NCBI GenBank assembly: GCA_046757525.1
Contig: JBHHYI010000035.1
Location: 1-29,102, forward strand
DNA length: 29,102 bases
Direction of reading: 5' to 3'
Source of the DNA: a bacterium
GTDB lineage: Bacteria > Zhuqueibacterota > Zhuqueibacteria > Oceanimicrobiales > Oceanimicrobiaceae
Under the pieces are notes generated by a model. That model ran no database searches, had not been told where the DNA came from, and saw only the letters and a program-made list of their open reading frames with translations. Positions 7,654 through 15,531 of this stretch are shown here, piece by piece. The stretch's first letter is position 1; each line of letters begins with the position of its first letter. A program made the position numbers and the translations under genes.

Positions 7654-10650
7654 CTAAAAATCAAACCCGAACCAAAAGGCTTTTTTGATGCCGCTGTCAA
7701 AATGCAGCTTGGGACTGTTCAGGTCTCTGATTTGAAAGCGCTTACCAAACTCATAGCGCAGCACCAGAAAGCCACCGACTCGCATGCGCAGGCCCAAACC
7801 CATGCTTCCCAAGATTTGATTGAAATCATACTTGTTGTCCCAGGCCTGGCCAAAATCCACAAAGGTGGCGCCCCTGATGCCGTTGAAACCCAGGCCGCCG
7901 AAAGGAAACCGCAAGGCAAAGCGATCGATGAAGGGAAAACGCAGCTCATTGTTGACCAGAAACAGCTTTCTGCCCCAGATTCTCCATCTTGGGTAGAGTC
8001 GCAAATCCCAGCTTCCGCCCATAAAATAGCGGAAGGCCTCCTTACCCTGATTGAATCGCGTCAGCAGGCGCACCGCGTAGGTCATGCGCGTGTTGATACG
8101 ATAATAACGGCGATAGTCAGCGATTACAGTAAAGAAGTTGACATCGTTGTGCTGCACATCGATGGTATGCCCCAAGCTGAAATTGAAGCGTTCGCCGTCG
8201 ACTGGACCCGTGGGCCCCCACAGGGAATTGTCTTTGACATAAGAGACGGAATTTGAAACAACAATGCCGTTGACCTGGCGTCGCCCACCGATCTCGTAGG
8301 TTCTCTTTTCCCGGCGGATATTAATGTTCGCCTCAATCCTCTTGAAAACAGAAATGGGATAACTAACCCCAAAGAAGCCACCAGCCCTGCGCTCCTCAAA
8401 AAAACTGTCCACCAGGTCATAAAATCTGCCCGTGATGTGATAAACACCGTAGGCGTAGTTCACCCTCTTGGACAAGTCTACCTTAGTCACAGCAAAGTTG
8501 AAGCTTTTGAGAAAATCGCTACTGGTTTGGGAATTGTTAAAAAGCAGAAAGTAGTATTGTTGATTGCCTAACATGTCGCTCATGGCCAATTGGGCACCGC
8601 CGCTGACCCCGAAAAGGGGATCCTGGGTAACGGCACTTTGGGCGATATCCAGAGAAAATTTCCTCTTGTATTTTATGGCAGTCGTTTCCACATCGCCTGC
8701 GATTTTTTCTGCCGACCACAGCTCTTTGTAAACCGTCAAAGTGTCCCGCTGGGCCAAAGGTGCTTTCTCAAATTTTTCTCCAACCTCAGTTTCCTGTCGA
8801 AGTTGAAAACTAAAGTTTTCAAAAGCAGTAAACAACAAATTGTCCTCGTCTTGCCACTCCGGGTCAAAGGCACCGGTTGCAAAATTGGTCAGCTCTTTAA
8901 GATCGTCCGTTTCCTCCAGGGCACAGGGATAGGAGTAGTCCGGTTCTTCGGCGTTTTCCCCACTTCCGTTCTCGCCGAAATTGCCGATTACGTTCGCCGA
9001 TGGCATTGTCGAATTCTCCGCAACCTGCAAGTCGTTGCTGCTTTGAGCATTATTCTTGATCATCCAGATATTGAACGAACCATCTCGATCCGACGCAAAA
9101 GCCAGATACTGCCCATCTGGCGACCAGGCCGGCGAATAATCGTTGAACTTGCCCTGGGTAACGTTTTGAATCGTGCCCTTTCTCAGATCGTGAATAAACA
9201 GGTTCAGGTAGCCATCTTTTCCGAAATAAGAGCGGTCTGAACTGAAGGCAATGAGATTTCCATCCGGCGACCACGCCGGGTCGCGGTCGTCGTAAAAATC
9301 ATTGGTGAGCTTTTGCAGCCTTCCAGAGGCAACGTCAACGATGTAGAGATCGCTCAGGCCGGAGAAACGGATACCGGAGAAGGCGATCTGGCGGCCATTG
9401 GGCGCCCAACTGGGCGAAAACAAGGACACCAAACCATCGAATTGCAATTTCTTGACCACCTGCTTTTTGTCGATGTCAAACACATACAGGGCGTCGCGGG
9501 CCCCGCTTTTTGACACAAAAGTCAGTTTCCCTTCATTGTTAACATCGATCTTACTGCGCAACAAATGGAAGGACTCAAATTCTGAGGTCCGTTCCCCTTT
9601 GATCAACACTTCAGCTTTTGGAGCAACCGTAAAGTCATTGAGCGGCTTGCGATAAATGTTCGAATAGCCAACCCGGTTGGACACGAAGACCACCCAGTCA
9701 CGGCCGTCTTTGGAATAACAAGCTGGCTTGGTATTAATGCCATTCCTGGTGATGACCTTGGTTACCATGGCCGGAACATCCCCTTTCTCCAGCAATGGGT
9801 ACTTGTTCTTTTTCAAATCGTACAACCATTGTTCATCGAACTCGCGGTAGTTTAAACCAATGGTTAGCTTCATGACATTGGAAAAGCTGTTCTCTTTCCA
9901 GATGTTTTCCATCAGTTGCAGAATCTTTTCCTCCCCGAACCTCTGTGAAATAAATCGGCAAATGGCCTGCCCTTCTTTGTACATCAGGAAGGAGCCATAG
10001 ATGGCATCCATTTGACTCAGCGGCACGATGTAGCCGTTGAGCACCGCATCGCGGATCACCATCTCAGTTTGCGAGTCCCACCCCTGCGACCAATATTCGG
10101 CAAGGCCTTCCACAAACCACAAGGGCATGCCGTTACCCAAATTTGTTTTGCGATGATCCTTTAGGACGCGATTCACTTTGCTGTGTGAGAAAACATGGAC
10201 CAGTTCGTGGTTGATCACATGCTTAAACTGATGAATAGAACCGTTGGCAGGGATGACCACCCGGCCTTTGATAAATTCGAAAAACCCGCCAACGCCTTCA
10301 GGCACCAGGGAGGCGATGGTGTTGGTCTGCTGAAAGTGGGCATGACTCGAGTAGAGAATGAGCGGGATTCTTCTGGAGATATTGTGATTCAATTTGCCTT
10401 CTAAACGACTGTAAGCCTCTTCTGCCATCGCAGCGCCTATTTCAGCCAACTCGCGCATTTCAGGGTAAAAGTAAACGTCAAAATGTTCGGTCTTTAATAT
10501 CTTCCACTGAAAGTCATTGTATTGAATTTTATTGCGACCAAAATAGTATTGGGAGAAAACCTGGTCATTAAGGCCCAACAAAATTATGATAAGTGTGCAG
10601 AGAACGATCGAGGCTTTAGTCTTCATAACGGTTCCTACTTGGAGTTTCAT
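7654..10650 (-). CDS. Omp85/BamA-family outer-membrane protein with N-terminal gluzincin (peptidase MA-like) domain and TolB/PD40 propeller
   Basis: Signal peptide ...VFS|QYYFGRNK, HELVH zinc motif plus PLWFVEGLAEY, repeated PxWSPDG (PD40), and a C-terminal amphipathic barrel with GGSWDLRLY loop motif and terminal Phe. Alternative start ATG at 10626. Confidence 0.88.
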   Translation of the reverse strand: MKLQVGTVMKTKASIVLCTLIIILLGLNDQVFSQYYFGRNKIQYNDFQWKILKTEHFDVYFYPEMRELAEIGAAMAEEAYSRLEGKLNHNISRRIPLILYSSHAHFQQTNTIASLVPEGVGGFFEFIKGRVVIPANGSIHQFKHVINHELVHVFSHSKVNRVLKDHRKTNLGNGMPLWFVEGLAEYWSQGWDSQTEMVIRDAVLNGYIVPLSQMDAIYGSFLMYKEGQAICRFISQRFGEEKILQLMENIWKENSFSNVMKLTIGLNYREFDEQWLYDLKKNKYPLLEKGDVPAMVTKVITRNGINTKPACYSKDGRDWVVFVSNRVGYSNIYRKPLNDFTVAPKAEVLIKGERTSEFESFHLLRSKIDVNNEGKLTFVSKSGARDALYVFDIDKKQVVKKLQFDGLVSLFSPSWAPNGRQIAFSGIRFSGLSDLYIVDVASGRLQKLTNDFYDDRDPAWSPDGNLIAFSSDRSYFGKDGYLNLFIHDLRKGTIQNVTQGKFNDYSPAWSPDGQYLAFASDRDGSFNIWMIKNNAQSSNDLQVAENSTMPSANVIGNFGENGSGENAEEPDYSYPCALEETDDLKELTNFATGAFDPEWQDEDNLLFTAFENFSFQLRQETEVGEKFEKAPLAQRDTLTVYKELWSAEKIAGDVETTAIKYKRKFSLDIAQSAVTQDPLFGVSGGAQLAMSDMLGNQQYYFLLFNNSQTSSDFLKSFNFAVTKVDLSKRVNYAYGVYHITGRFYDLVDSFFEERRAGGFFGVSYPISVFKRIEANINIRREKRTYEIGGRRQVNGIVVSNSVSYVKDNSLWGPTGPVDGERFNFSLGHTIDVQHNDVNFFTVIADYRRYYRINTRMTYAVRLLTRFNQGKEAFRYFMGGSWDLRLYPRWRIWGRKLFLVNNELRFPFIDRFALRFPFGGLGFNGIRGATFVDFGQAWDNKYDFNQILGSMGLGLRMRVGGFLVLRYEFGKRFQIRDLNSPKLHFDSGIKKAFWFGFDF

Positions 10651-11061
10651 TTCGACCTACTCGGTCTAGGACAACAAATCTAAGAACGCTGTCATTGTGG
10701 TGGGGTCTTGCTTACACCGTCAAAATAGAGTTGCTCTATGTTTGTGTTTAGAGGTATCGATTGTATGTACAAAACAACTGGAAAATTATTCCCAATTATG
10801 AAACCAAAGAGCTACCACAAATATCGGTCACATACAGACCTCCTTCAATATTACGAAAATTTGACACGAAGTCAAGTTAATTTTTTTATTAATTTCCCCG
10901 ATAATTAAGTAATAATATTACGCAATCATCTTGATTTTCAGGTAAGTCATTAAAAATCTGTCAGATTAAGAATTCGACTGCCTTTGAAATAAGTAACGAA
11001 AAACTTTCAGCAGAAATTCCTTACCAGAAATCCGACTAAGCTTGCTTTTTACATCGATCCT

Positions 11062-12174
11062 TTGGATTCAAACAAGAAAAACAATTCAAATCTTATCTTA
11101 TTAAACAAGCAGCTTCAAAGGCAACTTTACGACCTGCACAGTCTTTTCGAGATCTCGCTGGACTTGAATTCCATGTTGAACGAGGAGCAGCTCATACATT
11201 CCTATATGGTCAATCTTTTTGGTCTCCTGAGTGTCAAGAGTGCCGCCATTGTTACCAACTCGATTGAAAACCTGCACCAATATTCGGCTGTCAAGTATCG
11301 CGGCTTGAGCAAAACCCAGGCGCAACACCTGTCCTTAACCAAATCAGACGCATTTTTCGATTTATTCCAAAATAATCAAGCCGTCCTGGTGGTTAATGAT
11401 ACAATAGGGATGCAAAACCGTCCCTGTTATCTGGAAATAGTTGCATCGGTAGGGGGCGCACTGATTGCCCCCATCATCCACCGGCGTAAGATTTTGGGAC
11501 ATGTGATTATTAGTGAAAAGTACAACCATAAACCGTATACCAGGGCTGAGCAAGAAATGTTCTCACTGCTGACAAATTTTTTGGCCGTCTCGGTCACCAA
11601 CGCTCGTTTGTATAAAGAGATGGCGCAATTCTCGGTCACAGACTCATTAACCGGGCTGTTTAACCGCAGGTATTTTGAAAGCTCGCTTAAAAACGAAGTG
11701 TCCAGAGCGCGACGCTTCAGCCGGCCGCTGTCCCTGGTCATTCTGGATGTTGACGACTTCAAGAATTACAACGATAGCCTGGGCCACGCAGCGGGCGATT
11801 ATCTGTTGAAGAAATTGGCCAATGTCTTAGCGGAAACCGTCCGCAGCACGGATACCGTCGTAAGGTATGGCGGGGAAGAGTTTTCCGTCATCTTGCCAGA
11901 AATCTCCTCGGAGGGTGCGTTTCATTTTTCTGAACGTATGAGAAATGTGGTTTTTTCCTATCCCTTTGAAAATCGCGAAATCCAGCCGTTTGGCCGTATA
12001 ACCATAAGTCTGGGCACGGCGACTTACCCTCACGATGCCCAAATGATGCATGAACTGATCGTCAATGCTGACATGGCCTTGTACCAGGCAAAAAGGTTTG
12101 GCAAAAATCGCGTAGCTGTCTATGATAAAATCAAGAATAAGAACTTCAACCAGTCCACAGGAGTCCTGCGATGA
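11062..12174 (+). CDS. GAF-GGDEF diguanylate cyclase
   Basis: GAF domain followed by TDSLTGLFNRRYF, DVDDFKNYND and RSTD-x5-GGEEF (intact A-site and RxxD I-site), ADMALYQAK. No TM segment. TTG start is uncertain. Confidence 0.93.
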   Translation: MDSNKKNNSNLILLNKQLQRQLYDLHSLFEISLDLNSMLNEEQLIHSYMVNLFGLLSVKSAAIVTNSIENLHQYSAVKYRGLSKTQAQHLSLTKSDAFFDLFQNNQAVLVVNDTIGMQNRPCYLEIVASVGGALIAPIIHRRKILGHVIISEKYNHKPYTRAEQEMFSLLTNFLAVSVTNARLYKEMAQFSVTDSLTGLFNRRYFESSLKNEVSRARRFSRPLSLVILDVDDFKNYNDSLGHAAGDYLLKKLANVLAETVRSTDTVVRYGGEEFSVILPEISSEGAFHFSERMRNVVFSYPFENREIQPFGRITISLGTATYPHDAQMMHELIVNADMALYQAKRFGKNRVAVYDKIKNKNFNQSTGVLR

Positions 12175-13787
12175 ATAAGAAAAAGCTTTTGAGCCTGCTC
12201 ATACTGATCAGTTTAGTTTGGGGTTTTTTCTATTGCCAATACCAGGTCCCCAAGGTTTTTGCCTACGGGGAAAGCCTTTACTCTAAAATCAAGATATTCA
12301 CTTCGATCTTAGAAACGATTCAAAGAGCCTATTTAGAAGAAAAGGATACCGACGAACTGATTGAGGATGCTATCACGGGCATGCTCTCGAACTTAGACCC
12401 CCATACAACTTATTTAGCCAGCGATGAATTTAGAACCTGGAACGAAAACTTCGAAGGCTACTCCGGCATAGGCATCAAATATGACATCATCCGAGGCCAG
12501 GTCACCGTATTGACGGTGTTAGAAAACGGCCCGGCTGCCAGACTGGGCATCCTGCCTGGCGACAGGATTGTCGCGATCGATGGCAAGCCACTCAGCGGCG
12601 TTAAATTGGATGAAGCGGCCAGGAGGCTTAAGGGCCATTTTGGCACCCTTGCGGAGCTGAAGATCGATCGCGATTCCTGGCCACAGCCCCGCGCCTTTCG
12701 GATCAGAAGAGAAAGAATCATCCTGAACAGCATTCCCCAGGCTCTCATGATTAAACCAGAAGTCGGTTACGTAAAAATTGACCGCTTTACTTCCACAACG
12801 TCCGCAGAACTCGAAAAAGCGTTAAATGAATTAGAGCACCAGGGAATGAAAAATCTCGTGCTGGACTTGCGTGACAATGCCGGGGGCTACTTGAATGCCG
12901 CCGTTGAGGTGGCCGACAAATTCATTCCGGGAAACAAGAAAATTGTCTACACCAAAGGGCGTCTCCCAAGTTCTTTTCAAGAATATTATTCGACTTCGGA
13001 ACCCACCCACCCACTTTACCCCTTAATAGTCCTCATCGACCATGGTTCAGCCAGCGCCTCTGAGATCGTCGCAGGCGCCATTCAAGACCTGGACCGCGGT
13101 CTGGTGGTTGGCAAGTCGAGTTTTGGCAAAGGGTTGGTTCAAAGCCAATTTCGTTTTCAGGATGGCTCGGCTTTGTTGGTAACCACAGCCAAATATTACA
13201 CCCCCAGTGGACGCCCGATTCAGAGAGAATATTACAACAAATCCAAAGAAGAATATTATGGCGAAGCCTACGATGACCAATTGCGGAAAACAAGAAGTGT
13301 CCAGGACCATAGTCACAAATACAGAACGCTCTCGGGCCGACCTGTATCCAGCGGAAATGGGATCATGCCGGATGTCTGGGTAGAGAATCGCGAAAACATC
13401 CTCTCCCAGAACTTGCGTCTTCTGTTTTACTCGGATCAGAGGTATTTCTACACCTTTGTGGAAGATTATATCCAAAGGCACCCGGGCGTCAAAAAGGACA
13501 TGGAAGGCTTTATTCGGCATTTCGAACTTTCTAACCGGGAGTATCGCGCCTTTTTTCAACTTGTCAAGAACACGGACCCCAATCTGGCCCAACAGGACTA
13601 CACAAGCGACAAGGAAATGATCAAATTCATCATTAAAAGAGAACTGGCTTACTTGATATGGGGGGATAGCGCGCGGTTCAGAGTTAATATCTTGCGAGAC
13701 AAGCAGCTCCGGGTAGCACTAAAATATTTCCCAAATGCCAATCGACTCCTGGCAGTGTCGACCATTCAGCCTCTTAACAAAAATTAA
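12171..13787 (+). CDS. ctpA: S41 family carboxy-terminal processing (tail-specific) protease with PDZ domain, CtpA/Prc-like
   Basis: N-terminal signal/anchor, LDPHT, GIGI PDZ loop, LDLRDNAGG, catalytic GSASASEI and SFGKG. ATGA overlap with the cyclase stop codon. Confidence 0.93.
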   Translation: MNKKKLLSLLILISLVWGFFYCQYQVPKVFAYGESLYSKIKIFTSILETIQRAYLEEKDTDELIEDAITGMLSNLDPHTTYLASDEFRTWNENFEGYSGIGIKYDIIRGQVTVLTVLENGPAARLGILPGDRIVAIDGKPLSGVKLDEAARRLKGHFGTLAELKIDRDSWPQPRAFRIRRERIILNSIPQALMIKPEVGYVKIDRFTSTTSAELEKALNELEHQGMKNLVLDLRDNAGGYLNAAVEVADKFIPGNKKIVYTKGRLPSSFQEYYSTSEPTHPLYPLIVLIDHGSASASEIVAGAIQDLDRGLVVGKSSFGKGLVQSQFRFQDGSALLVTTAKYYTPSGRPIQREYYNKSKEEYYGEAYDDQLRKTRSVQDHSHKYRTLSGRPVSSGNGIMPDVWVENRENILSQNLRLLFYSDQRYFYTFVEDYIQRHPGVKKDMEGFIRHFELSNREYRAFFQLVKNTDPNLAQQDYTSDKEMIKFIIKRELAYLIWGDSARFRVNILRDKQLRVALKYFPNANRLLAVSTIQPLNKN

Positions 13788-13808
13788 ACAAACTTAATAA
13801 AATAACTG

Positions 13809-13837
13809 TTGACAATCCTAAATTAATTTATTATAAT
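13809..13837 (+). promoter_or_regulatory. Consensus sigma-70 promoter P1 of the peptide cassette
   Basis: TTGACA (13809-13814), 17 nt, TATAAT (13832-13837): an exact consensus. Confidence 0.85.
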
Positions 13838-13921
13838 CTTACTCTAATCCTTATGAAGTAGAAGTCGTTTTACAGACGATCAGGACGATGTCAAGGTTGC
13901 GATGGCAGTTTAGCACTATTC

Positions 13922-13941
13922 GCAAAAAAATACGTTTTTGC
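13922..13941. promoter_or_regulatory. Inverted repeat abutting the -35 of P2; candidate transcription-factor site
   Basis: GCAAAAA-aatacg-TTTTTGC ends immediately before TTGACA at 13942. Confidence 0.4.
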
Positions 13942-13970
13942 TTGACATAAACAGGGATTGGTATTATATT
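13942..13970 (+). promoter_or_regulatory. Near-consensus sigma-70 promoter P2 of the peptide cassette
   Basis: TTGACA (13942-13947), 17 nt, TATATT (13965-13970). Confidence 0.8.
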
Positions 13971-14011
13971 ATAGCGACCCGAACAGTATTTCTTCTAACA
14001 AGGAGGGTAAG

Positions 14012-14374
14012 ATGAAGAATAAACTGTTCACAGTCGCTAGCGTTGTCTTACTGTACGCGCTTTTTACCGTTCTGTTTGTGTCAGCAGATAACCAGGGCGT
14101 TATCACAAGTTTCTTAACCAGAGTCGGACTGACTAACACCAGCGCCATCGCATCCCCAGCTTTAAGCCAAAACACAGGAATTGCATCATCGGAATTGGCA
14201 GGTGACATTTTGAGAAGACCCTCGCCACCAAAGCCTAAGCCTAAGCCGAAACCGCCAACTGATAATCAACTTTTGGCTCGAATTAACGATAACTCTGGAA
14301 ACCAATTGTCTGGCGACATTTTGAGAAGACCCTCACCACCAAAGCCTAAGCCGAAACCGCCGACAATTCTGTAG
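14012..14374 (+). CDS. Secreted 120-aa repeat-core peptide precursor (hypothetical)
   Basis: AGGAGG at 14001-14006 then ATG at 14012; the track's start at 13958 lies inside promoter P2. Sec signal MKNKLFTVASVVLLYALFTVLFVSA|, a Ser/Thr/Ala-rich spacer, then two copies of GDILRRPSPP(KP)nPT. Confidence 0.8.
   Translation: MKNKLFTVASVVLLYALFTVLFVSADNQGVITSFLTRVGLTNTSAIASPALSQNTGIASSELAGDILRRPSPPKPKPKPKPPTDNQLLARINDNSGNQLSGDILRRPSPPKPKPKPPTIL
14201..14365 (+). repeat. Intragenic direct repeat (14201-14260 and 14312-14365)
   Basis: 60-nt and 54-nt copies differ by one AAGCCT (Lys-Pro) unit and four synonymous third-position changes. Confidence 0.95.
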
Positions 14375-14429
14375 CAAAACATGTTTCAATCAACTAATCT
14401 TCGAAATCATCTCTACTGTTCGGGTCAAA

Positions 14430-15506
14430 ATGCTTTATAAAAACTGGAAGATACATTTTAGGATCATCAATGTTTGGTTATGTTTTGTTTTACTATTGGT
14501 CATCGCCTCCAACCTGCCTCATGACAACATTCCCATACTGAGCTGGCTCAATTTTTCCATTTATTTCATGCTGTTCTTACAATGCTGGTATATTTATAAA
14601 AAGGACTCGAACAACAGATCCATCTTTTTGAACATTGGCGTGATGTCTATTGTGCATAGCTTAAGTATCATAAATCTTTTCATCGGTGATCACGACTTGA
14701 TGGGAAATGACACCTTAGGATATTATATAGATGTGTACTTGAATTTTGTTCTCATCTTTTTGTTTGCTTTTAGCATCATCTATATTTGTATCAAGTATCT
14801 GTTCAAAGAATACAGTGTATTTTCAATTTATGGCATAACCTTATCCATCATCGTGCCAATTTTTTTGTGGCATTTTTACCCATATTTGCTGGACAAGAGC
14901 TATATATTACGTAGCGACGATTCCTTGTTGTACAAGCGTCTCCTTTATTTTGATTTCTTGCCTTTGTTTTTTATACTTTACTACGGTTTCGTCTTGTATA
15001 AACACGACTGGTCCCTTGGCGAGCACATTAACACCATTATGGTCTGTTTCTTCATTATGGTTTTGATGGATGTTACCAATATGCTCGGCTACATTTATAA
15101 GATTACCATATTCCCTTTAACGCAATACGTTCTATTGCTGATTCTGACGTTTTTCTTAATCACGTTATTCAAGAGATTAAACCATACGTATTCCGAATTT
15201 GGCCAGTTTTATGATAAGCTGGTAGTTTCTGGCAATACCATGGGGGTTCCCATCAAGCGGAAAAAAGACGCCTACGTGAGCTTAATTGACTTCGCCAAAT
15301 CCTATTTTTACCAGCGGCGGAACACCCTTGGCTTCATAACATTGCTCACAGTTTTCTGCGTAAATTATTTTGACGTTTCACCGTTCCTAAAACTCAATCT
15401 GGTAGCAATTTCTCTTGGAATACTCGTGTTGTTCTTCTATTTGACAGCGCTGTACCAAAAACGCATTCAAAAAGGGAGGTTACTCAACGTTAACCGTAGT
15501 AGTTAA
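14430..15506 (+). CDS. Hypothetical polytopic membrane protein (~10 TM), candidate peptide receptor/sensor
   Basis: By eye: eight hydrophobic helices, a ~50-aa basic loop (KRLNH...PIKRKK...YQRRN), two more helices and a basic tail. No kinase, cyclase or ABC motif. AT-rich gene with no clear SD. Confidence 0.75.
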   Translation: MLYKNWKIHFRIINVWLCFVLLLVIASNLPHDNIPILSWLNFSIYFMLFLQCWYIYKKDSNNRSIFLNIGVMSIVHSLSIINLFIGDHDLMGNDTLGYYIDVYLNFVLIFLFAFSIIYICIKYLFKEYSVFSIYGITLSIIVPIFLWHFYPYLLDKSYILRSDDSLLYKRLLYFDFLPLFFILYYGFVLYKHDWSLGEHINTIMVCFFIMVLMDVTNMLGYIYKITIFPLTQYVLLLILTFFLITLFKRLNHTYSEFGQFYDKLVVSGNTMGVPIKRKKDAYVSLIDFAKSYFYQRRNTLGFITLLTVFCVNYFDVSPFLKLNLVAISLGILVLFFYLTALYQKRIQKGRLLNVNRSS

Positions 15507-15531
15507 TTTTTAATCAAAAGTGGGGTAGGTC

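Noticed and set aside
6645..9240. Long plus-strand ORFs (318, 204 and 216 aa)
   Set aside because: They lie wholly antisense to the well-supported BamB-like and Omp85 genes and have no domain signatures.
13895..13925. Possible sigma-54 promoter around TGGCAG
   Set aside because: No GG-N10-GC spacing, and the local regulator lacks GAFTGA.
13958..14011. N-terminal extension of the precursor in the ORF track
   Set aside because: It overlaps promoter P2; the AGGAGG and the signal peptide point to the ATG at 14012.
14201..14365. Direct repeats as a CRISPR array, or as RAPP-type ribosome arrest motifs
   Set aside because: Only two in-frame coding copies with synonymous divergence and no cas genes. 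RPSPP does not match RAPP/RAGP, though polyproline pausing is possible.
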